This document shows positions 1 to 13,299 of a stretch of DNA of 64,000 bases, piece after piece. The position numbers and the translations under genes are program-made. Every line of letters starts with the position of its first letter. The stretch's first letter is position 1. The notes beneath the pieces were generated by a model that was given only the letters and a program-made list of their open reading frames with translations, was not told the origin of the DNA and did not search any database. Source of the stretch: Eledone cirrhosa (Eukaryota); contig OZ024754.1 of the NCBI GenBank assembly GCA_964016885.1, forward strand, positions 7,254,001 to 7,318,000, read 5' to 3'.

Positions 1-1529
1 GCAACATTGATGTTGTTTACTTTTATTCTATTGCAAATTGGATGGTGGCCATTTTAACGATGCAACACTGCATTTCTTGATAAATATTTGAAGCGAGAGA
101 CGCCAATTTTCTAGATTTGATTAGAATAAGTAATAGGAAATCTGCATCAGAATTATATTACGTAAGGTGAAATATATTATTTAACTTTGGATACATTCCA
201 TCAAATAATTATTTAATTATTTCAGATAAGCATATTTTTTCTTCACAAGAAGCGAGAGAAAGGTAAAATACTGATAGAAATACATAGATAGAAGAAAGAG
301 AGAAACAGGGAGAGGGGGAATAAGATATGAATGTATAGAGGGAGAGAAACAGGGAGAGGGGAAATAAGATATGAATGTATACAGAGAGAGAAATAAAGAT
401 ATTGTTTAGAATGGTGGAATTGGTGGACGAAGAGAGTTTTCTCACATATTGATCTCAAACATCGAGTTCGTTTTCTTGATAATATAGAGTTGTAAATTAA
501 TTGATTATAAAAACAAATAAAAATATAATTATAGCACCGAAGATTTGATATTTCTATTTTTACCAACTATTAATTATATGATTCATTTAGAAACTGTTCT
601 GAAATTTGGAAGGTTTCTTTATTTCGATAAATATTTTTGTCAAATTTGTTAGTTTATTTTATCAAATGTTTATGAATACTTTACTGAGGTAACGTGTAAC
701 AAAGTTGATCTGGATGACCAGATTGTCTCAGAATTTTGATTTTCAATATTTATTTTCGTGTCACTAAGTTAATTCGAGAACAATATCGATTATATTTACA
801 GACATAGTGGCGTCTTCTTTAAGAGGCATTGTCAATTGACTTCAACATTCTAGTAAAATTATAGTAATTTTATCAGCCTTAGTAGGTTGAAAATATCGAT
901 TTTTGTTGAAACTTGTATCAGTAAAATATAGACCAGATATCAAGAATGTAATCTGTCACATCCGTTACAACGAAGAAAAAAGGTTTCACTATATAAGTTC
1001 CTGTTCTTTATAATCTAAGTCCAAATCATGCCGAGGGCAACTCTCCTTTTTATCTTTTCAGAGTTGATAGTTAAAATACTAGTAAATAGTGGTAGGCTGG
1101 CTGAATTATCAGAGCAATAAGTTGCTCTTGTTCTTTGTCTTCCGGGTTCAACATACGAGTGAAACTGTAGTAATTTTATCGGCCTTAGGAGCTTAAAAAT
1201 ATCGACTTTGTTGTATGATCCGGTGAAATACATACAGCTCATCAAGGCACTAACCTGGCCATCCAACTATCAGTGTTCAAAAGCCGGTGTCAACTATGAA
1301 TTCTATCCTTTCAGTACTTTGTGTTCTGAGTCTTAAACTCGCTGTGACCAAGCTACTGATAGACGTAATCGCCCCCCCTCCTATTTCAACATTATTGCAT
1401 GGCACTTGAATATCAGAAGCACCCTACACCCTATTGTAAGTATTTGATATAAGTTTCTGGTTCGGGACTGCTTTCCTCCTTCCTTCAAGCATTTATATGT
1501 ATGGGTGTATGTATGTATGTATGTATGTA

Positions 1530-1744
1530 TGTTGTGCAGTGCCTTTGCTCACTATAAAAGCTTCACGGCACAGGCATTGCTTTATATCTGGAGATCTCTC
1601 TGCACTTGTCGTCACATGGTACCATGGGCCCAGCACTATGTGTCAATAATTGTCACAAGTGTAGTGTTTGTACCAGAGTTTTCAAGTTGCTGGCTGGACT
1701 AAAAAGTCACACTTGTTCAGCGCATTGGTAGGGGTTCTCCTACA
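1530..1744 (+). mobile_element. Possible solo LTR
   Basis: Starts TGTTG, ends ACA, has an internal TATAAAA and is followed by TGG (PBS-like). No partner LTR in the window. Confidence 0.25.
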
Positions 1745-1811
1745 TGGATATAAAGTAGTAGCCGTACTCGAAAACGAGTTGGCAGCCACCATGTATATAT
1801 GTATATATATA

Positions 1812-2040
1812 TGATTCCAGTTCCTCGGAGAAATAAGAACACAACCAGGAGCTGGATATATCGATGTATTGACGGAGGAAAACTCACTTCAACATGTGTA
1901 CCTGTCTTTCCCACACCAATTCGGACTGCCTGAAGAGGTCACAGACAATGATGGCTGTCACCGAAATATATATAGCAGTATATCTATAATTTGTAATAAA
2001 CGAAGCCACATTTTACATATTTGACTTAATTATTTTATAT
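1812..2040 (+). mobile_element. Penelope-like element 3' remnant (F1) in a TA tract
   Basis: Homologous to the right arm of 6965-7380, carries a hammerhead, flanked by (TA)n. Confidence 0.7.
1925..1979 (+). ncRNA. Type I hammerhead ribozyme (family F1, Penelope-like pLTR)
   Basis: ACTGC-CTGAAGA-[GGTCACAGAC..TGGCTGTCACC stem II]-GAAA-TATATA-TA-GCAGT. Stem I ACTGC/GCAGT, canonical core, palindromic stem III, AUA cleavage triplet, AATAAA downstream. Confidence 0.85.
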
Positions 2041-2339
2041 ACATATATATATAATAATTGTTTCTACTATTGGCACAAGGCCAGCAATCCCCAGTAGATT
2101 ACTGGTACTTTATTTTATCGACCCCGTAAGGATGAAAGGCAAAGTATATATATATATATAATAATAATAATAATGATATTAATAAGGATGATGTTACATA
2201 TATAAACGATTTATGTAATATCAGCATCTTTATTAATATTATTATTATACTGAATCTCCATCGTAACTACGACAAACTACCAATGTTGAGAGCTTTCTCC
2301 TGCTTGCTCCTGGTTTTGCCAAAACAATCTCTTCGAAAC

Positions 2340-2370
<31 letters not shown>

Positions 2371-2371
<1 letters not shown>

Positions 2372-2710
2372 AGCAAAAGGGATATTCAATTTGTTGGTAA
2401 TTCAACAAATATAAATATTTATAACTGATTCAGAGCACTCGACATATTTTCTGGAGTATAATATTCAATGATATTAAATAAATGGAAACTATATTTATAA
2501 GACCATATTTATTCTATTATATATATTTCAAGGGTACCAAAACTTTGGTACGCTTTCATCAGATAAAATACAAAGTTTGTTTTATAAATTTTGACATAAC
2601 CAAGAAAAATACCTTAACGGTTCAAGAAAAGATTTTCCTTGAATATCCAAGGAAAACTTGAACCGTTCATGGTTTTATAAATATAGTTTCCATTTATTTA
2701 ATATAATTGT
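2371..2710 (-). mobile_element. Penelope-like remnant (F2) with inverted partial pLTR
   Basis: Between (TA)n tracts. About 2473-2506 is repeated inverted at about 2667-2702. Hammerhead on the minus strand. Homologous to 10898-11167, 43090-43370 and 57985-58360. Confidence 0.7.
2510..2570 (-). ncRNA. Type I hammerhead ribozyme (F2)
   Basis: Minus strand TATTTTAT-CTGATGA-AAGCGTACCAAAGTTTTGGTACCCTT-GAAA-TATATA-TA-ATAGAATA. Confidence 0.85.
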
Positions 2711-5223
2711 ATATATATATATGTATATCATTATTTTTAATATATATACATATCGCTGTACATGTATGCATACAGAATCTTTTTAGGAAATATCAAACAC
2801 CACTCATGACATATAATTGCGATTATATCTCTCCTTAATGCTATAACTACTTATATGTATGTTTCAATATGGCCACATCGTGGCGTTCTTTCTATTGTGC
2901 GTTCTTTACCGTCTGTTAAAGAATATATGTAGCGGTATTGTAGCAAGTAAACTAATTTCCTGCCCTTCTAGTTTATTAAGTGATTAGAATCTCTTTGATC
3001 CATTCACACCGTTGCCTGTTAGATCCGGACCTCAATGCTCGATTTCAATAACCAAATTGTTCTATAGTACATAATCTTTGTAAACATTAACACGAACAAA
3101 AATATATAACTGGGTTTATTAGAGATTTTTTTTTTTTAGTTCAGGAAATAGTATAAAAATAACAAACAAACACACTATTGACCTTTATATTCACATAGAT
3201 GTTAAGAATAATCGATAAAGCAGACCCGAATCAATAAAATTATGGAAATATGATTGTTTATCTTGAAGATCTGACGTTCTCTTCGAAAAGCGCTGATTCA
3301 AAATAGTCTTTGAACGCTTTCTAAGTTTTAGGAAATCAATAATGTATTTACTGCTTCACGAACAACTGTTACATATAAGAGCTTACAGTCTCTCTCTCTC
3401 CCCTATCTCTCCCTCTCTCTATCTCTCTCTATCTCTCTTTCTCTCTCGCTCCCCATCTCTCTCTCTCGTAAAAACACGGTACAATGGCCCTGTTTCTTTA
3501 TCATATAAAGTCTAATAATACATTGATTATAATGCCAGTTCGTTTAACGCAATGTGATAGAGGAAACCTTTGCCAAGTAAACATTATTGTATATACTGAG
3601 TTAAACACAATATATTACTGGTATTTTGTATAAGGATGAACAGAAAAGACTAGTTATTCGGTCTTATTCGAAACCAAAGATTCACAAGATACTAGATCCA
3701 CATAGCCTATAATGAAAATTATTTAGTGAATACCGTTCATAGTTTCTTCTAGAACGTGTCATAGTTTCTTCTACAAGGTGTAGAAGAAATTTCATCTTTA
3801 ACAGTTAGTAAAATGCAATTCACAGATTTCAGTTTAATTTTATTATACTGTACTATATTTTTGATTTATTTTATCATCTCTGTTAAGTTTGAATATAAAG
3901 TACGTAGTGAAAGTTTGCACAAATTAAAATTATACAGAAGTGTTTATTTTATTGTGCATCATCTGATGATGCCCGTTTCGTTATACGTATACCTCATCAG
4001 TACAACTCGCTGTCAATTAACGAATCTTTCGTCACAGTAAAGATTTTCAGTGTTATGAATAGGGTGTAGGTACGCTGGAAAAATTAACTAGTCATGATTT
4101 GGAGATACCTGATATTGCTTTGCATGAATGAAACCGAAATCTTTTATGCAATAGAATTATTCTGCCACATAGGTTCCATTATAATTTGAAGACCTAACTT
4201 TCTCACCATTTCTGACTTTAAAAAGCCTTGGTTGTTGCTCGGAGATGGCATCACGATATTCCATTTCCCTTTCGCTCCTTTCATTTGACAATCAGGGATC
4301 AAAGCTGGTCAGGTGTGTAGTGGAAACCTTCCCTTATGAATAAACGATTTTTTTTTTTTTTTTTTTTTTTTGTAGTAGAAGTAGAGACATATTCAGGCGC
4401 GGAGGGCGTAGATAATCGAAGAATATGAATGTAAATCAAAATATATTATATATCGATGGATAAAACATGTTAGAAAACAGCGATGAATGTATTTCAACCC
4501 AACAAAACAAGAAGGGAAAAAACAAACCGAACAAAAAGCACTATTAATATTTTATATCGGAATAATAAGCAATCTCCATACCATGTAATTTTTGTTTTTC
4601 AAACGCCATCATATGATGGCGTATGAAACGTCACCAATTTCCATGATGGCGGTTTTACTCATTGAACAAAAGATTTATAAAGCTAGTTGTGTGAGTCCTA
4701 AATAAATTGATATTCATCGGAACGTTATTTTGTCGATAAAAACTGAGAATAAATTGTGTGCTATCTTTCTTTTGTTTGTTTTAAAATGTATTTGTTGGTG
4801 AATTATTTATGATTTAGCCACCATTTCGTCATATTTTCTAGAATATTCTAGACGATATGACCACACTGTTCTCTATCTCATTTAGTAAATACTTTTCATT
4901 GCATTCTAATGGTTCACCTTAATTATAGAGGTTTGTTAGTTGTTGAAAATCATGTTTATTTAACAATCTTGTTTCTCTTTCTCACTCTTTCTCTCTTCTC
5001 TCTCTTTTTTCTCTCTCTCTCTCTTTGTGAGAATGTGGGGAGAGAGAGATTATATGCTGTTAGAAATAGAGGATAATGTTTGGCAATATATTTGGTTAAA
5101 ATGAGAGATTAGGAAATCCAATTCTGGTGGCGTTGTAGAGACACCTTTCTGCGGTGACTGTTGGGTAATGTATATATATATATTTATATATATATATATT
5201 TATATATATATATATATATATAT

Positions 5224-5493
5224 AACGGAAGAAATGTGGTAAGGAACCAGGTGGACCATAACGCACCAAAGTACTCAATACTTAGGGTAGTAGAGTGGGT
5301 AATAGGAACGAGTAGGACCCCGACGGCTGAGCTCAAGCCGTTTCGACGGCTAAATCAGTCCAGAATTAGCCGTCGAAACGGCTTGAGCTCAGCCGTCGGG
5401 GTCCTACTCGTTCCTATTACCCACTCTACTACCCTAAGTATTGAGTACTTTGGTGCGTTATGGTCCACCTGGTTCCTTACCACATTTCTTCCG

Positions 5494-5495
<2 letters not shown>
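5224..5495. mobile_element. Near-perfect 272-bp palindrome, Penelope-like 3' end (F3), fold-back
   Basis: Arms of about 130 bp appear identical, 12-nt spacer at 5354-5365, (TA)n on both sides. Same family as 7777-7944 and 12430-12840. Contains the 3' half of the F3 hammerhead (GAAACGGC..GCCGTC-GGGGT). Confidence 0.8.
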
Positions 5496-5528
<33 letters not shown>

Positions 5529-5531
<3 letters not shown>

Positions 5532-5620
5532 ATTGTAATGTCCAGTTACTGTAGGTTCATCAGAGTGAGCACTCGATGCGTAGTTTCCAGTAAGTATAGA
5601 GCTGTAGAACTAAGAGTGTA
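5529..5620 (-). mobile_element. TA-flanked repeat remnant (F10), related to 21600-21711
   Basis: Shares CATCGAGTGCTCAC...TGAACCTA..GTA...ACATTACA with 21660-21706. Confidence 0.45.
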
Positions 5621-5920
5621 ATAATTGTTTCTACATTTGGCACAAGGCCAGCAATAACCCAGTACATTACTGGTACTTTATTTTATCGACCCTGTAAGGA
5701 TGAAAGGCAAAGTGAATCTCGGCCGGATTTGAACTCAGACTGTAACGGGCAGTAACTCAATGCTGAAAAGCATGGTGTCCGACTCTCTACCGATACTGCC
5801 AATCCACCACCCTTAAGAATAATAACAATAATAACAATAATGATAATTGTTTCTACTTTTGGCACAAGGCCAGCAATTACCCAGTACATTAATGGTACTT
5901 TATTTTATCGACCCCGTAAG
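5620..5920 (-). mobile_element. SINE family A, one full and one partial copy
   Basis: tRNA-like head with A and B boxes, central GCCTTTCATCCTTACGGGGTCGATAAAATAAAGTACCAG domain (Meta/MESC-like by recall), (ATT)n tail. Confidence 0.85.
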
Positions 5921-6295
5921 GACTGTTTGTTATGTCTTCATTACGTTTGAGTAGCGATACTGTCATTGGAAATATCACAAGAATGACAGACTTCTTGACG
6001 ATATAGAACATTGGTTCTCAAATCCTTAATTATCGACCCCGTAAGAACTGTTTGTTATGTCTTCATTACGTTTGAGTAGCGATACTGTCATTGGAAATAT
6101 CACAAGAATGACAGACTTCTTGACGATATAGAACATTGGTTCTCAAATCCTTAATTATCGACCCCGTAAGGACTATTTGTTATGTCTTCATTACGTTTGA
6201 GTAGTGATACTGTCATTGGAAATATCTATTGGAAATATCACAAGAATGACAGACTTCTTAATGATATAGAACATTGGTTCTCAAATCCTAAATTA
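5905..6295. repeat. 125-bp tandem triplication
   Basis: TTATCGACCCCGTAAG recurs at 5905, 6030 and 6155 with near-identical following sequence. Confidence 0.9.
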
Positions 6296-6770
6296 CCTAA
6301 GACCTGTTTTATTTGTATGAATTTTCCCAATACCTTCTACCTCAATTCCTCCTCTCTTAGTTTTATATTCGTTGAAAATAACGAGAGAGAGACTTTAAAT
6401 TCTGAACTTAGCTGACCTTTATTAGGGCGGTGAATTGGCAGTATCGGTAGAGGGTTGGACGCCATGCTTTGATGCATAGAGTTACGGCCCTTGCCATTCT
6501 GAGTTCAAATCCCGCCGAGGTTAACTTTGCCTTTCATCCTTACGGGGTCGATAAAATAAAGTACCAGTAATACACTGGGATAATTGCTGGCCTTGTGCCA
6601 AAAGTAGAAACAAATATTACCTTTATGAACCTCTGGGTTGGAAACTACCATAAAGAAAATTAGATACCCATTAGTATTTTTATATTATGTTTTAAAGAAA
6701 GTTCTGGAAATAGGCACCGAAATACCTTGAGAACCCTTGAAGTTTCCGGCAGTCACGGGTTGAGCCACTG
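6272..6770. mobile_element. Putative hAT-type MITE with nested SINE
   Basis: Ends CATTGGTTCTCAA ... TTGAGCCACTG resemble CAGTGGTTCTCAA terminal inverted repeats. Confidence 0.45.
6425..6618 (+). mobile_element. SINE family A, full length
   Basis: A box TGGCAGTATCGG, B box GAGTTCAAATCC, central domain and tail. Confidence 0.9.
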
Positions 6771-6933
6771 ACTTATAATATTACAAATCGATTAATCTTA
6801 CCAAAGTAAATCTGGTTTCACAATAGAACCGATAACGTTAAAACTCCTGTCAGAAATTCACAGAGGACAATCATATCGCTACTCTATCTTCAAGCTTTCA
6901 CACGTTTACTTATCACACGCACACTCTTAAACA

Positions 6934-6970
<37 letters not shown>

Positions 6971-7015
6971 AAGTTAAATAAAAAGTCAAATGTTTAAAAT
7001 TTAGCTTCGTCTATT

Positions 7016-7070
7016 ACTGCTATATATATTTCAGTGACAGCCATCTTTGGCTGTGACCTCTTCAGCCAGT
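7016..7070 (-). ncRNA. Type I hammerhead (F1, inverted arm, one stem I mismatch)
   Basis: Mirror copy of 7181-7235. Confidence 0.75.
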
Positions 7071-7180
7071 TTGAATGAGTATGGTATAGACAAGTACATA
7101 TGTTGTTGAGGTGTATAATATTGTCAATACCATTATACACCTCAACAACAAATGTACTTGTCTATACCATACTCATTCAA

Positions 7181-7235
7181 ACTGCCTGAAGAGGTCACAG
7201 CCAAAGATGGCTGTCACTGAAATATATATAGCAGT
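7181..7235 (+). ncRNA. Type I hammerhead ribozyme (F1)
   Basis: ACTGC-CTGAAGA-GGTCACAGCCA AAGA TGGCTGTCACT-GAAA-TATATA-TA-GCAGT. Confidence 0.88.
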
Positions 7236-7408
7236 AATAAACGAAGCTAAATTTTAAACATTTGACTTTTTATTTAACTTTATTTTACATTACTCCGGAG
7301 TAACCAAACCAACCTGTGAACTTCGTCGAGTGCTCCAGCCTGCATACAGAGGTGTTGGTATACGACCAACATATACTCAAAATCTCTCTCTCTCTCTATA
7401 TATATATA

Positions 7409-7640
7409 AATTGAACAACAATATATACCTAATCAATTACCAAAGGTTTCAGGACCCTAGACAATATTAGCATATATCTAGTTCGCTCATCAGATAGAAA
7501 GGATAACCTTTCAATCTGATGAGCGAACTAGACATATGCTAATATTGTTTAGAGTCCTGAAACCTTTGGTAATGGAGTAGTTATATATTGTTGTTCAATT
7601 TCCAATTAGATAGCTATGTATTATACATAGAGCACTATTT
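7409..7640 (+). mobile_element. Penelope-like fold-back insertion (F4)
   Basis: Diverged palindrome 7409-7599 centred near 7505, short tail, hammerhead in each arm. Confidence 0.7.
7511..7576 (+). ncRNA. Type I hammerhead (F4, partly decayed; mirror copy 7433-7498 on minus)
   Basis: TCAAT-CTGATGA-[CTAGACA..TGTTTAG stem II]-GAAA-CCTTTGG-TA. Combining the two arms restores stem I TCAAT/ATTGA. GUA triplet. Confidence 0.7.
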
Positions 7641-7776
7641 TTTTTCCTTTGTTTTTTTTTTTTTTCGGAAATACTTAACACACACACTCCACACACTCAC
7701 ACCACACCACACACACATTTATTAAAATCACAGATTAAAGTTTAGGCATTTATTATTATTACTATATATATATATA

Positions 7777-7944
7777 ACGAAGGAAGTGTGGTAAGGAACC
7801 AGATGGACCATAACGCACCAGGGTACTCAATACTTAGGGTAGTAGAGTGGGTAATAGGAAAATGTTTAACCCCGACGGCAGAGCTCTAGTCCAGAAATAG
7901 CTGTCGAAACGGCTTGAGCTCTGCCGTCGGGGCTAAACATTTTC
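7777..7944. mobile_element. Penelope-like fold-back remnant (F3, diverged subfamily)
   Basis: Homologous to 5224-5495, with a short inverted arm and TA flanks. Confidence 0.75.
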
Positions 7945-8169
7945 ATATATATATTGCTTTTCCTTCTGTTGTTTACTTGTCTCACTCGCTTTACGCGATT
8001 CACTTGTCCCAATAGCTTATTTTAGTTATTGCTCGCACCAACCTGAGGTATCTGATTTTTAATGCGATGAAATACCAATGATGGTTGGCAAATCACTGAT
8101 GAGGGACTAATTTTATAATATGTAACCCATGTGCAACCACGCTGTGTTCCTCTTTCTTCCCATGTTTTT

Positions 8170-10360
<2,191 letters not shown>

Positions 10361-10362
<2 letters not shown>

Positions 10363-10494
10363 CGGCGATGAATTAGTTTTGCGAGGTTTTTGATATGAAA
10401 TCGTGTGTCAAACAAATATTGTTATACTTGGGGAGGGTCATATTTGTGTAATAATATTGGCAGAATTAATAACAGAACACACTCAGTGAATGTG

Positions 10495-10500
<6 letters not shown>
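10361..10500 (+). mobile_element. TA-flanked repeat (F8), related to 40569-40887
   Basis: Shares GTTTTGCGAGG..GATATGAAATCGTGTGTC..GGGAGGGTCATATT with 40572-40650. Confidence 0.6.
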
Positions 10501-10535
<35 letters not shown>

Positions 10536-10657
10536 GTGTGTATAGGTGTGTGTGTATAAATGTGTGTGTGTAAATTTACAGACTACTTGGTCTTAACTAA
10601 AACCAGAAGCATCCGTTTAGCGATGCCAATATTGAATGTTCCCCTTTTGCAATTTAA

Positions 10658-10759
10658 TAATTGTTTCTACTTTTGGCACAAGGCCAGCAATTACCCAGTA
10701 CATTACTGGTACTTTATTTTATCGACCCCGTAAGGATGAAAGGCAAAGTTAACCTCGGC
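10658..10759 (-). mobile_element. SINE family A, 5'-truncated, with TSD
   Basis: Central domain and tail, TTTTGCAATTTAATAA duplicated on both sides. Confidence 0.85.
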
Positions 10760-10853
10760 TTTTTGCAATTTAATAATAACTGGAGATAATACATAGATAT
10801 ATATTAACTAAAGACCATCACTATAATACATTATATTAACGAAAGGCTATTAC

Positions 10854-10897
<44 letters not shown>

Positions 10898-10900
<3 letters not shown>

Positions 10901-11162
10901 ATTAAATAAATGGAAAACTATATTTATAAAACCATATTTATTTCATTATATATATTTCGGGGATATCATATTAACAATATGCTATGCCTTCATCAGACAA
11001 AATACAATATAAACAGTTTTATAGATAAATATATTCGACATACCGTAATAAACATCAACTTCATTTGAAGAGGTTTACGCTAAATATACTCCAAATATTT
11101 GTCGAGTGCTTTTATATCAGTTATAAATATTTACTAGTTGTAACCCAACAATTTTAAATATA

Positions 11163-11167
<5 letters not shown>
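10898..11167. mobile_element. Penelope-like remnant (F2)
   Basis: Minus-strand pLTR with hammerhead, followed by a plus-strand tail (GTCGAGTGCT), between (TA)n tracts. Confidence 0.7.
10939..11004 (-). ncRNA. Type I hammerhead ribozyme (F2, alternative stem II)
   Basis: TATTTTGT-CTGATGA-AGGCATAGCATATTGTTAATATGATATCCCC-GAAA-TATATA-TA-ATGAAATA. Confidence 0.8.
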
Positions 11168-11206
<39 letters not shown>

Positions 11207-11791
11207 CGTAAGGTCAAAACTATAATATATATATATATATATATAAACTATAATAAAGGAAGGTCTGCGGGACTGCGTACGGTTTTTTTTTTATTCCGTT
11301 AGTAAAATAAGTTGGATTACTTTGAATAAATAATGAATGAATATTACATAATTTATCTACTAAATTTGGTAAACAAAAAATAATTTCGTAAAAATAAATA
11401 ATTAAAAATTGACTTCTTTTCAAAGTTGCACTTCCGGTATATCGTTGCCACCACCACCACTTCAACTACCATATATATATATATATAGTGTGTGATGTCA
11501 AAACTTCCGGTGGCGATCACTTAAATAAACATACTAATTTTCTGTCACTAATTTTCTCCTAATACAGTTTATATACAATATCGTCTTTTTTTTAATGTAT
11601 CATGGATTACGTTACTGATTACATAAGACAGTGTAACAACGTCTTCGTTCAATTTCTGTTTATATTGTCAATTACAATGTATCATATCTACATGTATATA
11701 TACTTGCGTATAATATCAATATACACACTACACATGGTAGCAGAAAACCACGGAAGGGTGGTTTTTCTGTTAGTATATATATATATATATA

Positions 11792-12390
11792 TAAACAAAT
11801 AGTAGAAAGGAAAAAGATTCTTTCAGTAGAAAATGCTGAAGGGATTTCTTCAGTGACACATTAAAACATTAATTTATTTACAATACCGGTTTCAGCATTA
11901 AATGCATTGTCAATTGCGGATATGCAGAATGTTTGTACAAATAGTGAAAATAACAAAAATAAATTAGAGAGGGGAAGAAAAATTAATTTTCACATACATT
12001 TTCAACCAACACAACACCCATCCCCTGCCTCCTCCTTCTCCTCTCCCCTCCAGCTTCTACCCTCTCCAGTCACAACCAAGCCATTAGCAGAGAAGGATGG
12101 ACAGAGAAATTGACTTTCTTCTCTGAATGAAAATGTATGTGAAAATTAATTTTCCTTCCTCCCTCTAATTTTTTTTGTTATCATTATTTTCACTATTTGT
12201 ACAAATATGCAACTTAACAATATTCTGCATATCCGCAATTGACAATGCATTTAATGCTGAAACCGGTATTGTAACTAAATTAATGTTTTAATGTTTCACT
12301 GAAGAAATCCCTTCAGCATTTTCTACTGAAAGAATCTTTTTCCTTTCTACTATTTGTTTTTATATATATCAACTCGTGTGTTACATTTCT

Positions 12391-12398
<8 letters not shown>
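11792..12398 (+). mobile_element. Penelope-like fold-back insertion (F5)
   Basis: Inverted arms of about 215-230 bp (11792-12004 and 12128-12360), spacer, about 38-nt tail, (TA)n flanks. Confidence 0.75.
12235..12272 (+). ncRNA. Minimal type I hammerhead with U3-A8 core (F5; mirror 11880-11917 on minus)
   Basis: GCAA-TTGACAA-TGCATTTAATGCT-GAAA-CCGG-TA-TTGT. Palindromic stem III ACCGGT, GUA triplet, identical in both arms. Confidence 0.72.
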
Positions 12399-12431
<33 letters not shown>

Positions 12432-12676
12432 CGGAAGAAATGTGGTAAGGAACCAGGTGGACCATAACGCACCAAAGTACTCAATACTTAGGTTAGTAGA
12501 GTGGGTAATAGGAACGAGTAGGACCCCCGACGGCTGAACTCAAGCCGTTTCGACGGCTAATTCTGGACTAAATGAAAACTTTTATCCTGGTATTTGAATA
12601 GCCGAGCTTCTCAAGGGGTAATTCCATATATGGTCAAAGTGATTGTCACAAGGATTGGTCAAAAGTTTGTTGTCTC

Positions 12677-12769
12677 AACAACAAACTTTTGACCAATCCT
12701 TGTGACAATCACTTTGACCATATATGGAATTACCCCTTGAGAAGCTCGGCTATTCAAATACCAGGATAA
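12677..12769 (+). pseudogene. Putative C-terminal end of a Penelope-like ORF (NNKLLTNPCDNHFDHIWNYPLRSSAIQIPG*)
   Basis: Open frame from the fold-back junction to TAA. The N..D....IW pattern resembles the end of PLE GIY-YIG domains (inference). Confidence 0.35.
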
Positions 12770-12828
12770 AAGTTTTCATTTAGTCCAGAATTAGCCGTCG
12801 AAACGGCTTGAGATCAGCCGTCGGGGGT
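12732..12828 (+). ncRNA. Type I hammerhead with U3-A8 core and long stem II (F3; mirror 12523-12619 on minus)
   Basis: ACCCC-TTGAGAA-[G..CGGCTA-TTC...GAA-T-TAGCCG..C]-GAAA-CGGC-TTGAGATCA-GCCG-TC-GGGG(G)T. GUC triplet. Confidence 0.75.
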
Positions 12829-13299
12829 CCTACTCGTTCCTATATATATATAAACGAAAGGGCCATCACTATAATACATAGATATATATTAACGTCAAAA
12901 AGATGTGCTTTAGAAAAGCTCTGCAAACAGCCAATTACATCAATCTGTAGAAGCCTTAAATTTTGCTTTCTGGAAGAAATTTGTATTTTCTACAACACTC
13001 GCTTGTTGTTTGAATGATATATTTATTTAATGTTCTGAAATTCTCATTAAATTTCTATAGAAAATTATAATTATATTTTCACAAATACAATTACATATCT
13101 TTTGTATATTTAATATAATTTTATTTTAAGTGAACTTAATATTTTATATTTGATTCATCATTATAAATTTCAAATACAATAATTCCTACAGAAACCAGGC
13201 CTAGATGATTTTTAGAAACACGGTTTACAGTTTAAAAGTTAAGGAAATATTACGATTAATGGGCAGATGTAGAAGTTATTTAGTGGAAGATACAGCGAG

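Larger units (their letters stand above)
6965..7380 (+). mobile_element. Penelope-like fold-back insertion (F1): inverted pLTR, pLTR and tail
   Basis: Arms 6965-7120 and 7132-7287, about 95-nt unpaired tail containing TCGAGTGCT, microsatellite flanks. Confidence 0.8.
12430..12840 (-). mobile_element. Penelope-like fold-back insertion (F3), longest copy
   Basis: Palindrome centred near 12674, left arm extends about 80 nt further, (TA)n flanks. Confidence 0.8.

Noticed and set aside
5161-5529. 122-aa ORF across the palindrome
   Set aside because: Read-through of TA repeats and both arms of a non-coding fold-back.
5550-5590. Type II hammerhead on minus (GAAAC..ATC..CTGATGA)
   Set aside because: Stem III is mismatched and the homolog at 21660-21690 lacks CTGATGA.
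7219-7230. Idea that the UAUAUAUA stem III primes insertion at (TA)n
   Set aside because: Insert ends lie 60-150 nt downstream of the cleavage site, and families with ACCGGT stems target TA equally.
12299-12345. Second hammerhead in F5 (CTGAAGA...GAAAGAATCTT)
   Set aside because: No stem I pairing, and CTGAAG is sequestered by CTTCAG.
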